Positions 54,101-60,626 of a stretch of DNA of 64,000 nt are shown piece after piece. The notes under the pieces were generated by a model that saw only the letters and a program-made list of their open reading frames with translations, made no database searches and was not told where the DNA came from. The DNA is from Bdellovibrionales bacterium (GTDB lineage: Bacteria; Bdellovibrionota; Bdellovibrionia; Bdellovibrionales; UBA1609): positions 1-64,000 of the forward strand of contig JBFWVI010000009.1 in the NCBI GenBank assembly GCA_050246815.1. The letters run 5' to 3'. Positions within the stretch are counted from its first letter, which is position 1, and each line of letters starts with the position of its first letter. The position numbers and the translations under genes are program-made.

Positions 54101-57100
54101 AAGCCAACGACGAGTTCGCCCGGGGCGGAGTTGCCATTTCGGGTAATTTAGCGGCCGTGGGTTCGATTCGTGAGGATAGTATCAGCAGTCAAGTGATCAA
54201 CGGCACGGCCTCGGCAACTGATAACGATGGGGTTAATTCTGGCGCGGTCTATGTGTATCGGCGCACCGGCAACACCTGGGTGCAAAGCGCCTACTTAAAA
54301 GCCAGCAACGGAAAAGCCGGTGATTTATTTGGTAGCAGTGTCGCAATCGATGGTGACACTTTGATTGTGGGGGCAGAAGAGGAGTCCTCCACCGCCACTC
54401 AAGTGGCGAATCAAGCTTGGGCGCCTGCATTCGCGCAAGGCAGTTCAATCGGTGCGGCCTATGTGTTCTATTACAAGGGTGCGCCCGAGGTGGTTATCCA
54501 GCAAGCTTCCACGCAGGCTGATCCAACTTCAAGCCTGCCCATCGCGTTCAACGTCGCCTTTTCGAAACCAATTTCGGCCGGCACCTTCACCGATGCCGAC
54601 ATCACTCAAGGCGGCACAGCGACGGGCATCACTTGGTCGATCACCAATCCGTCGGGCGATAATCGCAACTTCGTTTTACAGGCAACGGCGGGCACAGCGG
54701 GCACTTACATTCCAAGCGTGGCGGCCGGCCTAGTGACAGATGTGGATGGCAACACCAACTTGGCGTCTTCGAGCAGCTTTGATAACAGCGTCACATATGC
54801 ACCGCCGAGTTATTTATATATTAGTGACGCCTCGGTTCTTGAAGGGGGCACGCTTGTATTCAATGTGAGCCTTGATGTTACATCCACCAGCGAAGTGACG
54901 TTTAACTATCAAACAGTCAATGGTACGGCCACCACCGCCGACAGTGATTACACCTCAGTGGCATTGACCGCATTTACAATACCCGCCGGCACATTGACCA
55001 CCAGCTTGTTTGTGGTCAGCACGCCGGATACTCGCTACGAAAATGACGAGACTTTGAGTGTCACTTTAACCTCGATTGTGACCGCGATCCCAGGCGATAC
55101 GGACGGCTTAGGCACTATCCAAAACGACGATGCCGTGGTTGGCATCAGCGTCTATGATGTGGCGATCAATGAAGGCGAAACCGCACAATTTGTGGCAAGC
55201 TTAAGTGCCGTTTCAGGCTTAAATGCAGTCTTCCAGTGGCAAACCATCAACGGAACCGCGACTTCAGCTAGCGATTACACCGCGGTCAGTTTGACCACTG
55301 TGACCATTGTGGCCGGTCAGCTAACCATCTTGCTGCCGGTCATCAGCACAGAAAATGCGACTGCAGAACCCACGGAGCAGTTCACAGTGAGCCTGAGTTC
55401 AGCCACCAACGGGAATTTTGTCGACCCGGTGGCGATTGGAACTATTTTAGATGATGATGTGGCCGCGTTCACTTGGGTCGGCACCACGGGTGATCAAAAG
55501 TGGACCACTGCGGCCAACTGGTCCACCGGCACTGTGCCGGGAAGTGCGGATATTGCCATCTTTAATAATGTTTGTGCGACTCTTTGCGCTGCCAATATTG
55601 ATGGCAACATCACGGTGAGCGGTATTCTTTTAGAGTCCACTTACACGGCGACACTTTCACAAAATACGGGTCAGCCGATCACCGTTGGTTTTGATGATTT
55701 GATCATTGCTGGTGGAGCGTTCCAGGCGAGCAATGCGGATATCCGCTTAAACGATGCGGTTTGGCAGCAAGGTGGCACGGTCAATATGGGTTCGGCCAAT
55801 TGGTACTTTGATAACTGCCGAATTGACGCCGGCACGTGGAATGCGCAGACCTCAACAGCTCACATGAATGGGTCGGGATTTTCTGGGTCACTTATCGGGG
55901 CGGCCACATTTAACAATTTATCTTTAGTGCGTGATACGTCTTTAGGAAATCCAACCGAGGCTCAAGTCAATGGAACGATCACAGTGGCAGGAACACTGTT
56001 ACTCGATAAGGTCGGCTCCAACGCGCATCAATTGACGGCGGTTGGCAGTTCGAAAATCGTCGCTCTTGGCAATGTGAACGCGGTTGATTTTGACGGTGGT
56101 GACACCGGCTTAATTGAAATCGGCGGCACCGGAGTTCAGACCCTCACGGGTGGGATCGGTGGACAACTGCCCAATGTCGCTGTGATCAAAACGGGTGGTT
56201 CGCTCGATTTGGTGGGCACCATCGACTTTGCGGAAAGTCTCGGTATGGCTTCGGGAACCGTGAATGCCGGCACATCGACAGTACGATTCGTCAACACGGG
56301 TAGCATCACGGTGGTTCAGGGTGGCGTTGATTTTTACAATATGGAATTTCGCAAAGACACATCTGCTGGTAATTTGACAGTGACCTTGGGTGCTGGGAGC
56401 CATTTGTTTGCGGATGGGGACGTGCTTTTTGAAAGCACGGGTTCTAATCGAATGAACGTCGTTCATCCCAGCTCGAGCAGTATTGTTGTTCAAGGGGATA
56501 TCACTGCGACTAAGGTTTACGATACGCCATCATTGCGTACTAATAAGCCCAGTGGGACACAAACGATTACGGGGGTCGCGGGGGCACAGCTTGGGGCAAT
56601 ACACCTAGGCAGCGCATCCACGGTTAATTTAGTTGGTACCATAGACATCTTGGAAGGCTTCGAGAACTTGAGTACCGCGACAGTTAATCCTGGCACTTCG
56701 CTGGTTCGATTTATTAACGCGCCAGATGTGGCCGCCAACAGCTCCGCAATTAATTTGGGTGCTGGAAATTACCTCAACCAAGTTGTTTTCAATAAATCGT
56801 CTGTATGGAACACAATAAACGGAGTGGTGACCATCACCGGGAACTTGACGATCGACAATAGCAACACAGGTAACGGGATTAATTCCGCACCGGTGCAAGT
56901 GCAAGGCAATGTAGTGATGTTGGACAACGATGAGGGCACCGGCCGCATCGAAATGACAGGGGCCGCCCATACCACCGTCACCATGGTGGCAAGTTCGGCT
57001 TGGCCCACGGGCGGCTGGACTGTGAATAAACCCGGAGCCAGTGTCAGATTGCTTTCAAACATCACGCTGTCACCCGCAGGAACGGACTTAACTCTGACGG

Positions 57101-60100
57101 CGGGAACAATCAGCCTATCGGGTTACCACTTAAGCGTACGCGATGTTTTGACCATGGCCTCGGGTACCGTGATTGACAAAGGTTGCGGCACCGTGCGTGT
57201 CAATGGCACGTTGTTGCCAGATGGCCCCTACAGTTCCGGAACCATTACCAACACATCTCCATCCATCAACCTTTCCGTCAATGATGTGACCGTTGGTGAG
57301 GCCGATGGCAACGCCACATTTACCGTGACTCTCAGTGGGGCACATTGTGCAGCGGTGACATTTAATTACGCGACCGTCAATGGGACGGCGGCGCAGCCTG
57401 GTGATTACACGTCAACTTCTGGGGTGGGCACGATTGCTGCGGGACAGCTGACGTTGGCGGTGAATGTGCCGATCATCAATGACTCAGATTACGAGGGGTC
57501 AACAGATGAGACCTTCACGCTTTCGCTCTCTGGAGTTTCGGGTGTGGCCGTGCTGGATCCTTATGGTGTGGGTTCCATCACCGACAACGATGCCGCGCCA
57601 GTTCTTTTTATCTCTGACGCCACCGCCACAGAAGGCGGAACACTCGACTTCATAGTGACTTTGGCCAGCAGCAGCGGTAGCGAAATCACATTCAACTTCC
57701 AGACCTACAACGGAACCGCCACCACGGCTCAAGATTACACGGCACAAAGCGGATCGGCCACCATTGCGATAGGCGCCACTTCGGTGACCATCAGCGTGGT
57801 GACACTTGATGACACAACTGATGAGGAGAGCCCTGAAAGCTTAACCCTCACAATTAGTTCAGCAACCAATGCCGCGATTGTCGACACCACCGGAGTCGGC
57901 TCGATCAACGACAACGACAATGCGCCTTTGATTTTTGTCAATACGGCTTCCGTCAACGAGGGTGGGACGCTTCAATTTGGTGTTTCGCTTTCGCAGAGTT
58001 CGGATCGAGAAATCACCTTTCAGTACAGCACAAATGATGGCGCTGGTTCAGACAAGGCTGAGGCCCCCGGTGATTACACGGCGGTGACAAATCAAGTTGT
58101 GACTATTGCGGCGGGCAGCCTCACCACAAGCCTTGGCGTTGTCACTGCGCAAGAAACTACTTTCGAAATGAACGAGAAAATGAAAGTGGTGTTGTCTTCT
58201 TTAGTCAACGTCACCTCTGGCGACACAGGGGAGGCCGAGGGTACGATTAGCAATGAAGACACTTTCACGCCTGTGGTTGTCGCAGTTTATCCGACCAATG
58301 GTGCGAACTGGAACGACTACGTCAAGTACGACAATGATAACGGCGGCACCAATACTTTCAATCAAGACGACATAGCCTGCACGGGTGCCGAAACCGGCCG
58401 CTATGGCCAATTGAACGGTTGTATCCACGGTGGTGAAAGGCGCAAAGTCACTGTCACCGGTTATACTTCGTGCGCGAACTTAACCATGACGGATTCTGTT
58501 GGCGCCTTTGATTGGAAGTGTATCGTCTCTGGGGGCACAGCCACGTTTTACTCCACAAGCTTTAACTCGGGCAAAGGTTTGGCGGATCTTATTAATGCAA
58601 CGTCTTGGAAGAACATAACCGTCACGGTTTTAGATGGTGTGACCACGCTGGGGACTTCGGCCGCCGCCGCATGGGCATCAAATATCGTAGCGGCGTTGCC
58701 TGATAATAACAGCACTGGTGCAGTCGTTCAACTTGACGGCACTGATGATGACACCAGTGGGCCCGATTTCGGCATTACGGCGGGTTCGATCCTGACGCGC
58801 TCGACGGACATGACTGCAAGCCGTGGGTTTAACCTGAATGCGGATAGACTTAGCATCGTGACTCTTGGCACGGCCAGAATCACTTACGATCCAAGTGCGG
58901 GAGCAGTTTGTGATTGGACGACAGGTGAAACGACCGGCGCAACTACGTCAGTATTTCTCTGCACCGGAGGTCAAAAATTTATATGGATTGAAGGCAATTT
59001 TGCTGGGGATACCTCGTCGACCAATGACTTGCTCATGACTCTGGTGAATACAAAGCATTCGCGAGTTCATAAAACACGATTGACTCGATCTGAATACGAA
59101 ACATTTTATTTGTACAATTCGAACTCAAACATGGTGACGGATTTGGCGATCCATACCGGCAGTGCATACTACAACACGTTCGGTGTTGACGCTTCTTCAT
59201 ACAACACATTTGTTGGGGTCAAGGTTTCAAACTCAATTGCAGCCAATCCTTATGTCGCGATCTATGTGACGGGAGCTTCGTCTTACAACGTTTTTCACGA
59301 GATCGCGCTTTCAAATGCCCCACACTATGGCTTTTTTCTTGAAAACGGCACCAATAACACGATTTCAAAAGTGGTTTTGGCCAACACCACCGGTCGCGCG
59401 TATTATATTAGTGGAGCTCAGGGTTCTGTGGCCCGAAATACCACAAGTCACCTGACGATGGCCAACGCCGAAGGGATCATTTTAGAAGGGTATACCTTTG
59501 GGGCTGATTACCAGACCCTCAACCAGGCTGTGGTTGCCAACGGAAGTGACTATGCCGCGCTCTATGTCTATGGTGCGAACAATGCAAAAATATCGCAATT
59601 TGTAAGCGGTCATAATTCGGTGGACCTGACCGCGAGCGGCAGCAATGGATTTTTCACGAACAATATGCTGATTGGCCCGTCGGCATCGGGGGCATGTAAT
59701 GGCAATACCGGGACAAACACCGGTCTTGGCGCATTTACCTGTACAAACCAAGGATCTTCGGACGCCAACTTTGTCATCGGCAGCTCGATTGACCTGACCA
59801 ACTCATTTGTTGGCAAAGCGACTAGTGATTCGGCCAACACATCTGACACATCCGGTACTGCGGCATACAATACGATCACTGACTTTTTGAACTTTGAAAA
59901 TTTCTATCGTCTATGGGGGCTTGATGGTTCGGGAGCCTTCCCTCATGCCAGCCAAGAGGGTCGTTGTTCAGGCACCAGCACTTGTCGAATTTGGGATTGG
60001 CGTTTGAAATCCACGGATACTGTTCTTCGTAATAAGAGCAATGATGGCTCCACTTCGAACGACGCCTTTACGGCCAACAGCACTTGCCCGGCCGCAGTCC

Positions 60101-60348
60101 ATGGCAACAAGGCCCTGGCGGATCAACAGACCTCGGTCAACACCTTCTTGATCAACGCCCAAGAGATCATGTTGGACGGCGTGGGCGACGACGACGGCCT
60201 GTGCGAAAGCAGCGAAGAGTGTATCTATTCACCGAACTTCGGGGCCTATCAAGGTGAGGGTAATTATAAAGCGGGTGGCACGTGCACCTTCCAAAACGGC
60301 ACGATCACCGGCGTGATCATGTATGCTTATCCAACCAACGGTGGCTAA
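39109..60348 (+). CDS. Giant (~7,080 aa) surface lipoprotein/adhesin: 30 Calx-beta-like domains, three 7-bladed FG-GAP-type propellers, three Ig-like linkers, two beta-helix-like regions and a Cys-rich C-terminal beta-helix domain
   Basis: Uninterrupted 21-kb ORF. Lipobox ALSGC. Repeats D-x-x-V-x-EG...DGTA...DYT...TIPAG...E-x-x-E...GTI-x-[DN]DD. Blades WVQ[QE]AY[LI]K...FG...GDT-x-VVGA...SGAAY. ATG 39109 preferred over TTG 39019. Confidence 0.9.
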   Translation: MVERGLISSIITAWSRRFAPAVFLLSAIALSGCKLETNIKDLTEPASDIPILSTQDVSITEGTTAAYLVTMNRSSSMPVVVVYQTLPQTATSGADYTALFGLLTIPAGQTFGYLPLAALEDPNYEGNEIFRVELSAASNAVMASATLAKNITILDNENRPKVFISDATVGEGGTLTFNVTTDVPSELEVAFNYASVAGLDPDPLMRASAGADFTSVAGRITLAALSMATSIPVISLQDILDENDELFHVTLTSLSNSDPGDVSGLGEITDDDLAPVLSVSDLSINEGDTGSLAVSLSVISGLPVVFDIATSNGSNVDPTLNAQAPGDYTAKSLVSVTIAAGQAQVIVTLVTIEDLVDEQDEGFFATVSNVTNAGTGQLISNVTIVDDDGPPLIYITDTAVVEGGTLAFVVSLTAPSALDVTFNFQSFDGTATTADSDYTGINSAGTIPMGSLTTLVYVITTADTKYEANETMTVSLSAVVNAGNGDLLATGTITNDDSPPGLYITDAAVLEGETAHFVISLSEISSQDVTVNWFTANGTATTSDSDYTGVASTLVTIPAGSLTVGAAVITVEDTRYEANETYNVSLQTATGATIVDNTGVGTITNDDVLPTIYIDDLTMSEGETGQFVVSLSTAAGLPVVFDWQTFAATATAPGDFTAVTTTTRTIPAGTLFVNVAVITTEDALNEVSENFQVSLSSLTNAAAGDLLATGTITDDDAAPSLYIVDAAAVSEGQTSVFWVTMTAASGLDVTFNYQSVDGTAVSTQDYTAVALTMGTIPAGSLSVAINVVTIDDLVDETSPENYTVTLTSPTNATISDGIGLGTINDNDNPPLLYVLDSSVNEGETLTFYATLSQISDLDVVFNYTSLDGTGGDRAQAPGDYTSVSNQTMTIPAGSLSVAMQVVTVEDVTFEADEKLNITLSSLSNVTLGDDGLGEGTILNDDAGPLIFIGDASVTEGQTAVFAVTISALSSVDVIFTWNTTNDTATGGSDYTAVGATVVTIPAGSLTTAVSVVTIDDVVAAEPAETFNVTLTGLTNVNSGDINGVGTINDNDTSTLYIGDASVTEGGTLIFAVTLSLATGVDVTFNFQTVDGTATTADSDYTSIALTAMTIPAGSLTSFLAVVTAADTKYENNETLNVTLTSAVNAGAGDMNGVGTINNDDSVPGVYINDVTVIEGGTANFSISLSAVSGVDVTVNWATIDGTATTANSDYTGVGTTLVTIPAGSLSVVGPVITLQDTLHENSETYTITLTSATGGTIVDGLGLGTITDDDTAPQLSIYDLTILEGETGQFVVSLSALSGLETVFSWQTFFGTATAPDFTAVSTTVITIPALTSSVQLPLITTEDLLNEGDETFLASLSAASNATFLDDLATGTITDDDGPPMLYVLDAASVTEGQTSLFWVTLTAASGLDVTFSYRTFNDTAVSTQDYTAVGLTSATIPAGSLSVSFNVVTIDDTQDEVSPEYFDLSISAPNNATIADALGKGGITDNDNPPEIFIADVAVSEGGTLGFWVTLSALSDLNVDFSYVTNDGLGTDKAEAPGDYTAITLTAGQIPAGSLSLLINVVTIQESIFEVNEQLTVTLSALSNATYGDDGIATGTITNDDAGPSIFIGDASVTEGQTAVFAVTISALSSVDVIFTWNTTNDTATGGSDYTTVGATVVTIPAGSLTTAVSVVTIDDVVAAEPAETFNVTLTGLTNVNSGDINGVGTINDNDTSTLYIGDASVTEGGTLIFAVTLSLATGVDVTFNFQTVDGTATTADSDYTSIALTAMTIPAGSLTSFLAVVTAADTKYENNETLNVTLTSAVNAGAGDMNGVGTINNDDSVPGVYINDVTVIEGGTANFSISLSAVSGVDVTVNWATVDGTATTANSDYTGVGTTLVTIPAGSLSVVGPVITLQDTLHENSETYTITLTSAAGGTIVDGLGLGTITDDDTAPQLSIYDLTILEGETGQFVVSLSALSGLETVFSWQTFFGTATAPDFTAVSTTVITIPALTSSVQLPLITSEDLLNEGDETFLASLSAASNATFLDDLATGTITDDDGPPMLYVLDAASVTEGQTSLFWVTLTAASGLDVTFSYRTFNDTAVSTQDYTAVGLTSATIPAGSLSVSFNVVTIDDTQDEVSPEYFDLSISAPNNATIADALGKGGIADNDNPPEIFIADVAVSEGGTLGFWVTLSAVSDLNVDFSYVTNDGLGTDKAEAPGDYTAITLTAGQIPAGSLSLLINVVTIQDVVAEPSELLTMTLSALSNAAHGDDGIATGTINDNDVVPFTWVGTTGDGLWSTAGNWSGLTVPTAANVATFTNVCLGANCNATVDVAVDVQGLNMTSAYSGTITQAAGVALRTGNSDWLMAGGAFIGSSGAITINRDFNQSGGTFTAGTQTIEVQRNWTSTAGAMNMTGSTVEFKGASGTTINIGAQQFYNLSLLKDAWTAAAATGSVTIANDFSLNQGFNAFNQGRVTGGTFDVVNRVNLGLNNGGYGPWALRLVGTGAQTIAGGIDSESALNQLHIAKPSGLVSVEGTIGIDSDFTYMSGSTFNAGTSAIHFINGYGTLSLASDLDFYDVKIAKYQYANVTIVGAGTMQVNHDLTLDASNVLLGGALLGGSIRAMGNVYANSTGGYLGGSTTVLYLAGTGAQTIVGGDGDLPSVVINSTGTVDLTGTFAVVGSFIHTNSAGLSAGTSTVYLESTGTSTVSMGAQSLNNVNVSSGSGRSMVIAGALTINGNAELSGSAGGNTLDGGTLVAKKNVSITSADFDGGTASILLNGTGAQTISNPGGGAWTSGKNYVDKVSGAVELAGNTTFALAQDMDFTSGTINMRGYDLGIRDALTMASGTTIYTDCGVLTYNGGSSSLGGTIIDGTPGALLSVNDVTVSESAGNATFTVTLAAPSCAPTIFNFATVNGTAVQPGDYTSTSGVGTIPAGQQSWTTNVPIIDDTLYEGATDETFTFSLSAVMGAPVLDPLGVGSITDNDAQPNIFVNDVTVTEGQTANFVISLSNATTSDVTFTWETVNGTATSGADYTGVGATSATIAAGQLAITVAVVTTDDVVFSEGDENYNVTLTSIANASAGDTNGVGTINDNDNAFLFIADADVVESGTLLFVVTMSAVSGSEVTFSFQSYSGLNSVMGGAAATSGTDFTAISGTATISAGVLAVTLPVVTTVDATYEGLENLSVTISAPVGASITDSTGLGFIHNDDCPATGWCQQAYIKAINADAGDIFGEGVSIMDDTLVVGAPYELSSQTTITNDTTASSDNSASQSGAAYVYVRSGNTWVQQAYIKRGKHDGYFGRSVSINGDTLAIGAFLDVSGSTQIFNGTGMAYDSPGGAEYGAVHIYKRTGSTWVQEAFIKASNSRANTDFGNGLNLAKDSLVVASASESSNQSYITQGTGSSTDASSAAAGAVYIYRRTGNTWVQEAYVKASNRNNNDRFGFGTAFDGQTLAVGAIYEDSNGTGVYNGTGASADNSSADSGAVYVYARSGTWVQQAYIKSALTGGSAYFGYDVALSGDTLVVGEPLGRASAVLINGTQAPVDENVYGTATVYKRTGSTWVQQAILKPPVQNYAQIFGAAVAISQDRVAVAAYAETSLESQVFNGTAVPNPNAGTDETGAVFVYARTGSTWVQQATLKPSNPDNVSSFGAPAYDTATFSPHRSLAISGDTIVVGSNAERSNQRGITNGPWASLNRSAISSGAAYVFHYKGAPQVTIQQAATQVDPASSLPIEFSVDFGKAISTATFTDADITQNGTATGITWSITNPSGDNRNFVLQATGGTAGTYTPSVAAGLVTDVDGNTNLASSTEYDNSVTYNIPRNLFITDAEVVEGGTMVFTVSLDGTAGSDVTFNYQSYSGLSTQLGGAAAAQGTDFTATSGAATIPMGSLTLALLVVTTVDATYEGMENLSLTLSSASGATISDSTGLGFIHNDDCPTTGWCQQAYLKGATADANDLFGYWTAIHRDTVVVGAPYESADTSSVLNGTGGSSSNGRSRTGAAYVYKRTGGTWVQEAYLKGATTDVDDFFGDTVAIHEDTIVVSSYGEGSSSSTIVNGTGGSSNNSHSNGGAAYVFKRTGNTWVREAYLKAGTPKDSSYFGEAVSIHGDTILVTALSDSSGVSGVLNGTGGSTDTSVSSAGSAYIFKRTGNTWVREAYLKAANPDASDYFGSSAALDRDTAVITAAWESSGTSTVLNGTGGSADNSVNQVGAAYVFKRTGNTWVQEAYLKPYTAIVAYMFGQYDTAISGDTIAIGANGDSSNATGITHGTGGPADTSGSSYSGAVYIFKRTGSTWARQAFIKATNAGSWDQLGSWVSLSGDLLAAGADSEDSYQSLVSSGTLASSTNDGTDIGAAYIFRRTGNTWVQDAYIKPSNGDTGDLFASVRIDGDTLVVGARGESSNLTGVINGPYASINNSAVSSGAAYVFHYKGAPQVTIQQAATQVDPASSLPIEFSVDFGKAISTATFTDADITQNGTATGITWSITNPSGDNRNFVLQATGGTAGTYTPSVAAGLVTDVDGNTNLASSTEYDNSVTYNIPRNLFITDAEVVEGGTMVFTVSLDGTAGSDVTFNYQSYSGLSTQLGGAAAAQGTDFTATSGAATIPMGSLTLALLVVTTVDATYEGMENLSLTLSSASGATISDSTGLGFIHNDDCPTTGWCQQAYMKVQWGKRLGESTSVHNDTVVVGATTHSGTDSGVINGTGMPGDSAPLNSGMAVVYARSGSTWVRQATLLPPAPDTFDYFGRKVRVSGNTAVMSTGDEDSLATGVINGTGAAFNEGASASGAALVYKRTGNTWVQEAYLKASNAEADDGFGFAIDLDEDTVVVGAYKEDSSVTGITAGTGGSSDNTAADAGAVYVFKRTGNTWVQEAFLKANNTGADDQFGYSVAVSQNTVVVTAPNEDSSLTGVSNGPGFTDNELGANDGSAYVFRRTGSTWVQEAILRSSGAGGQLFFGNDIDISADSIIVANYLDYSDETGVKNGTDGPINSDASASGAAYIFKRTGLTWVQESYLKAGNSEANDEFARGGVAISGNLAAVGSIREDSISSQVINGTASATDNDGVNSGAVYVYRRTGNTWVQSAYLKASNGKAGDLFGSSVAIDGDTLIVGAEEESSTATQVANQAWAPAFAQGSSIGAAYVFYYKGAPEVVIQQASTQADPTSSLPIAFNVAFSKPISAGTFTDADITQGGTATGITWSITNPSGDNRNFVLQATAGTAGTYIPSVAAGLVTDVDGNTNLASSSSFDNSVTYAPPSYLYISDASVLEGGTLVFNVSLDVTSTSEVTFNYQTVNGTATTADSDYTSVALTAFTIPAGTLTTSLFVVSTPDTRYENDETLSVTLTSIVTAIPGDTDGLGTIQNDDAVVGISVYDVAINEGETAQFVASLSAVSGLNAVFQWQTINGTATSASDYTAVSLTTVTIVAGQLTILLPVISTENATAEPTEQFTVSLSSATNGNFVDPVAIGTILDDDVAAFTWVGTTGDQKWTTAANWSTGTVPGSADIAIFNNVCATLCAANIDGNITVSGILLESTYTATLSQNTGQPITVGFDDLIIAGGAFQASNADIRLNDAVWQQGGTVNMGSANWYFDNCRIDAGTWNAQTSTAHMNGSGFSGSLIGAATFNNLSLVRDTSLGNPTEAQVNGTITVAGTLLLDKVGSNAHQLTAVGSSKIVALGNVNAVDFDGGDTGLIEIGGTGVQTLTGGIGGQLPNVAVIKTGGSLDLVGTIDFAESLGMASGTVNAGTSTVRFVNTGSITVVQGGVDFYNMEFRKDTSAGNLTVTLGAGSHLFADGDVLFESTGSNRMNVVHPSSSSIVVQGDITATKVYDTPSLRTNKPSGTQTITGVAGAQLGAIHLGSASTVNLVGTIDILEGFENLSTATVNPGTSLVRFINAPDVAANSSAINLGAGNYLNQVVFNKSSVWNTINGVVTITGNLTIDNSNTGNGINSAPVQVQGNVVMLDNDEGTGRIEMTGAAHTTVTMVASSAWPTGGWTVNKPGASVRLLSNITLSPAGTDLTLTAGTISLSGYHLSVRDVLTMASGTVIDKGCGTVRVNGTLLPDGPYSSGTITNTSPSINLSVNDVTVGEADGNATFTVTLSGAHCAAVTFNYATVNGTAAQPGDYTSTSGVGTIAAGQLTLAVNVPIINDSDYEGSTDETFTLSLSGVSGVAVLDPYGVGSITDNDAAPVLFISDATATEGGTLDFIVTLASSSGSEITFNFQTYNGTATTAQDYTAQSGSATIAIGATSVTISVVTLDDTTDEESPESLTLTISSATNAAIVDTTGVGSINDNDNAPLIFVNTASVNEGGTLQFGVSLSQSSDREITFQYSTNDGAGSDKAEAPGDYTAVTNQVVTIAAGSLTTSLGVVTAQETTFEMNEKMKVVLSSLVNVTSGDTGEAEGTISNEDTFTPVVVAVYPTNGANWNDYVKYDNDNGGTNTFNQDDIACTGAETGRYGQLNGCIHGGERRKVTVTGYTSCANLTMTDSVGAFDWKCIVSGGTATFYSTSFNSGKGLADLINATSWKNITVTVLDGVTTLGTSAAAAWASNIVAALPDNNSTGAVVQLDGTDDDTSGPDFGITAGSILTRSTDMTASRGFNLNADRLSIVTLGTARITYDPSAGAVCDWTTGETTGATTSVFLCTGGQKFIWIEGNFAGDTSSTNDLLMTLVNTKHSRVHKTRLTRSEYETFYLYNSNSNMVTDLAIHTGSAYYNTFGVDASSYNTFVGVKVSNSIAANPYVAIYVTGASSYNVFHEIALSNAPHYGFFLENGTNNTISKVVLANTTGRAYYISGAQGSVARNTTSHLTMANAEGIILEGYTFGADYQTLNQAVVANGSDYAALYVYGANNAKISQFVSGHNSVDLTASGSNGFFTNNMLIGPSASGACNGNTGTNTGLGAFTCTNQGSSDANFVIGSSIDLTNSFVGKATSDSANTSDTSGTAAYNTITDFLNFENFYRLWGLDGSGAFPHASQEGRCSGTSTCRIWDWRLKSTDTVLRNKSNDGSTSNDAFTANSTCPAAVHGNKALADQQTSVNTFLINAQEIMLDGVGDDDGLCESSEECIYSPNFGAYQGEGNYKAGGTCTFQNGTITGVIMYAYPTNGG
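41944..45903 (+). repeat. Tandem in-frame duplication, 1,986-bp unit x2 (six Calx-beta domains per unit)
   Basis: ~41944-43917 matches ~43930-45903 at offset 1986 with scattered, mostly synonymous differences. Shadow ORFs recur at the same offset (42075/44061, 43204/45190). Confidence 0.95.
50152..50882 (+). repeat. ~731-bp direct repeat, copy 1 (Ig-like plus Calx-beta spacer)
   Basis: Near-identical to 52303-53033 (offset 2151). Identical shadow ORFs at 50193/52344 and 50476/52627. Confidence 0.95.
52303..53033 (+). repeat. ~731-bp direct repeat, copy 2
   Basis: Near-identical to 50152-50882; I saw one synonymous GCA/GCG change. A diverged partial third copy lies at ~54460-54790. Confidence 0.95.
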
Positions 60349-60500
60349 GAAGTAACCCCAGTCTTTTGGGGCAATTTTCTCGCCATTCGTAACATGTTGA
60401 AAATAAAGGTATTTTTTGCCGTCCGTGGAGTTCTTGTGATGGGCCTGCCTTCCGGCCCAAATTCTCATGGGGCAGGCTTGTCTGGGGCGGGCAAAACTCT

Positions 60501-60528
60501 TTGACTTTATGCGCTTAAGATCTATAAA
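60501..60528 (+). promoter_or_regulatory. Putative sigma-70 promoter of rpsA
   Basis: TTGACT-N16-TATAAA about 90 nt upstream of the GAGGAGG RBS/start region. Confidence 0.55.
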
Positions 60529-60626
60529 CCTACGCCATCACCATGTTCCTTTCATTTAACCAAAAAGGCATAGGTGTACGGTCGTCGTCGCTTAAGACGG
60601 TGACCCTGAGGAGGTACGATTTGCGT

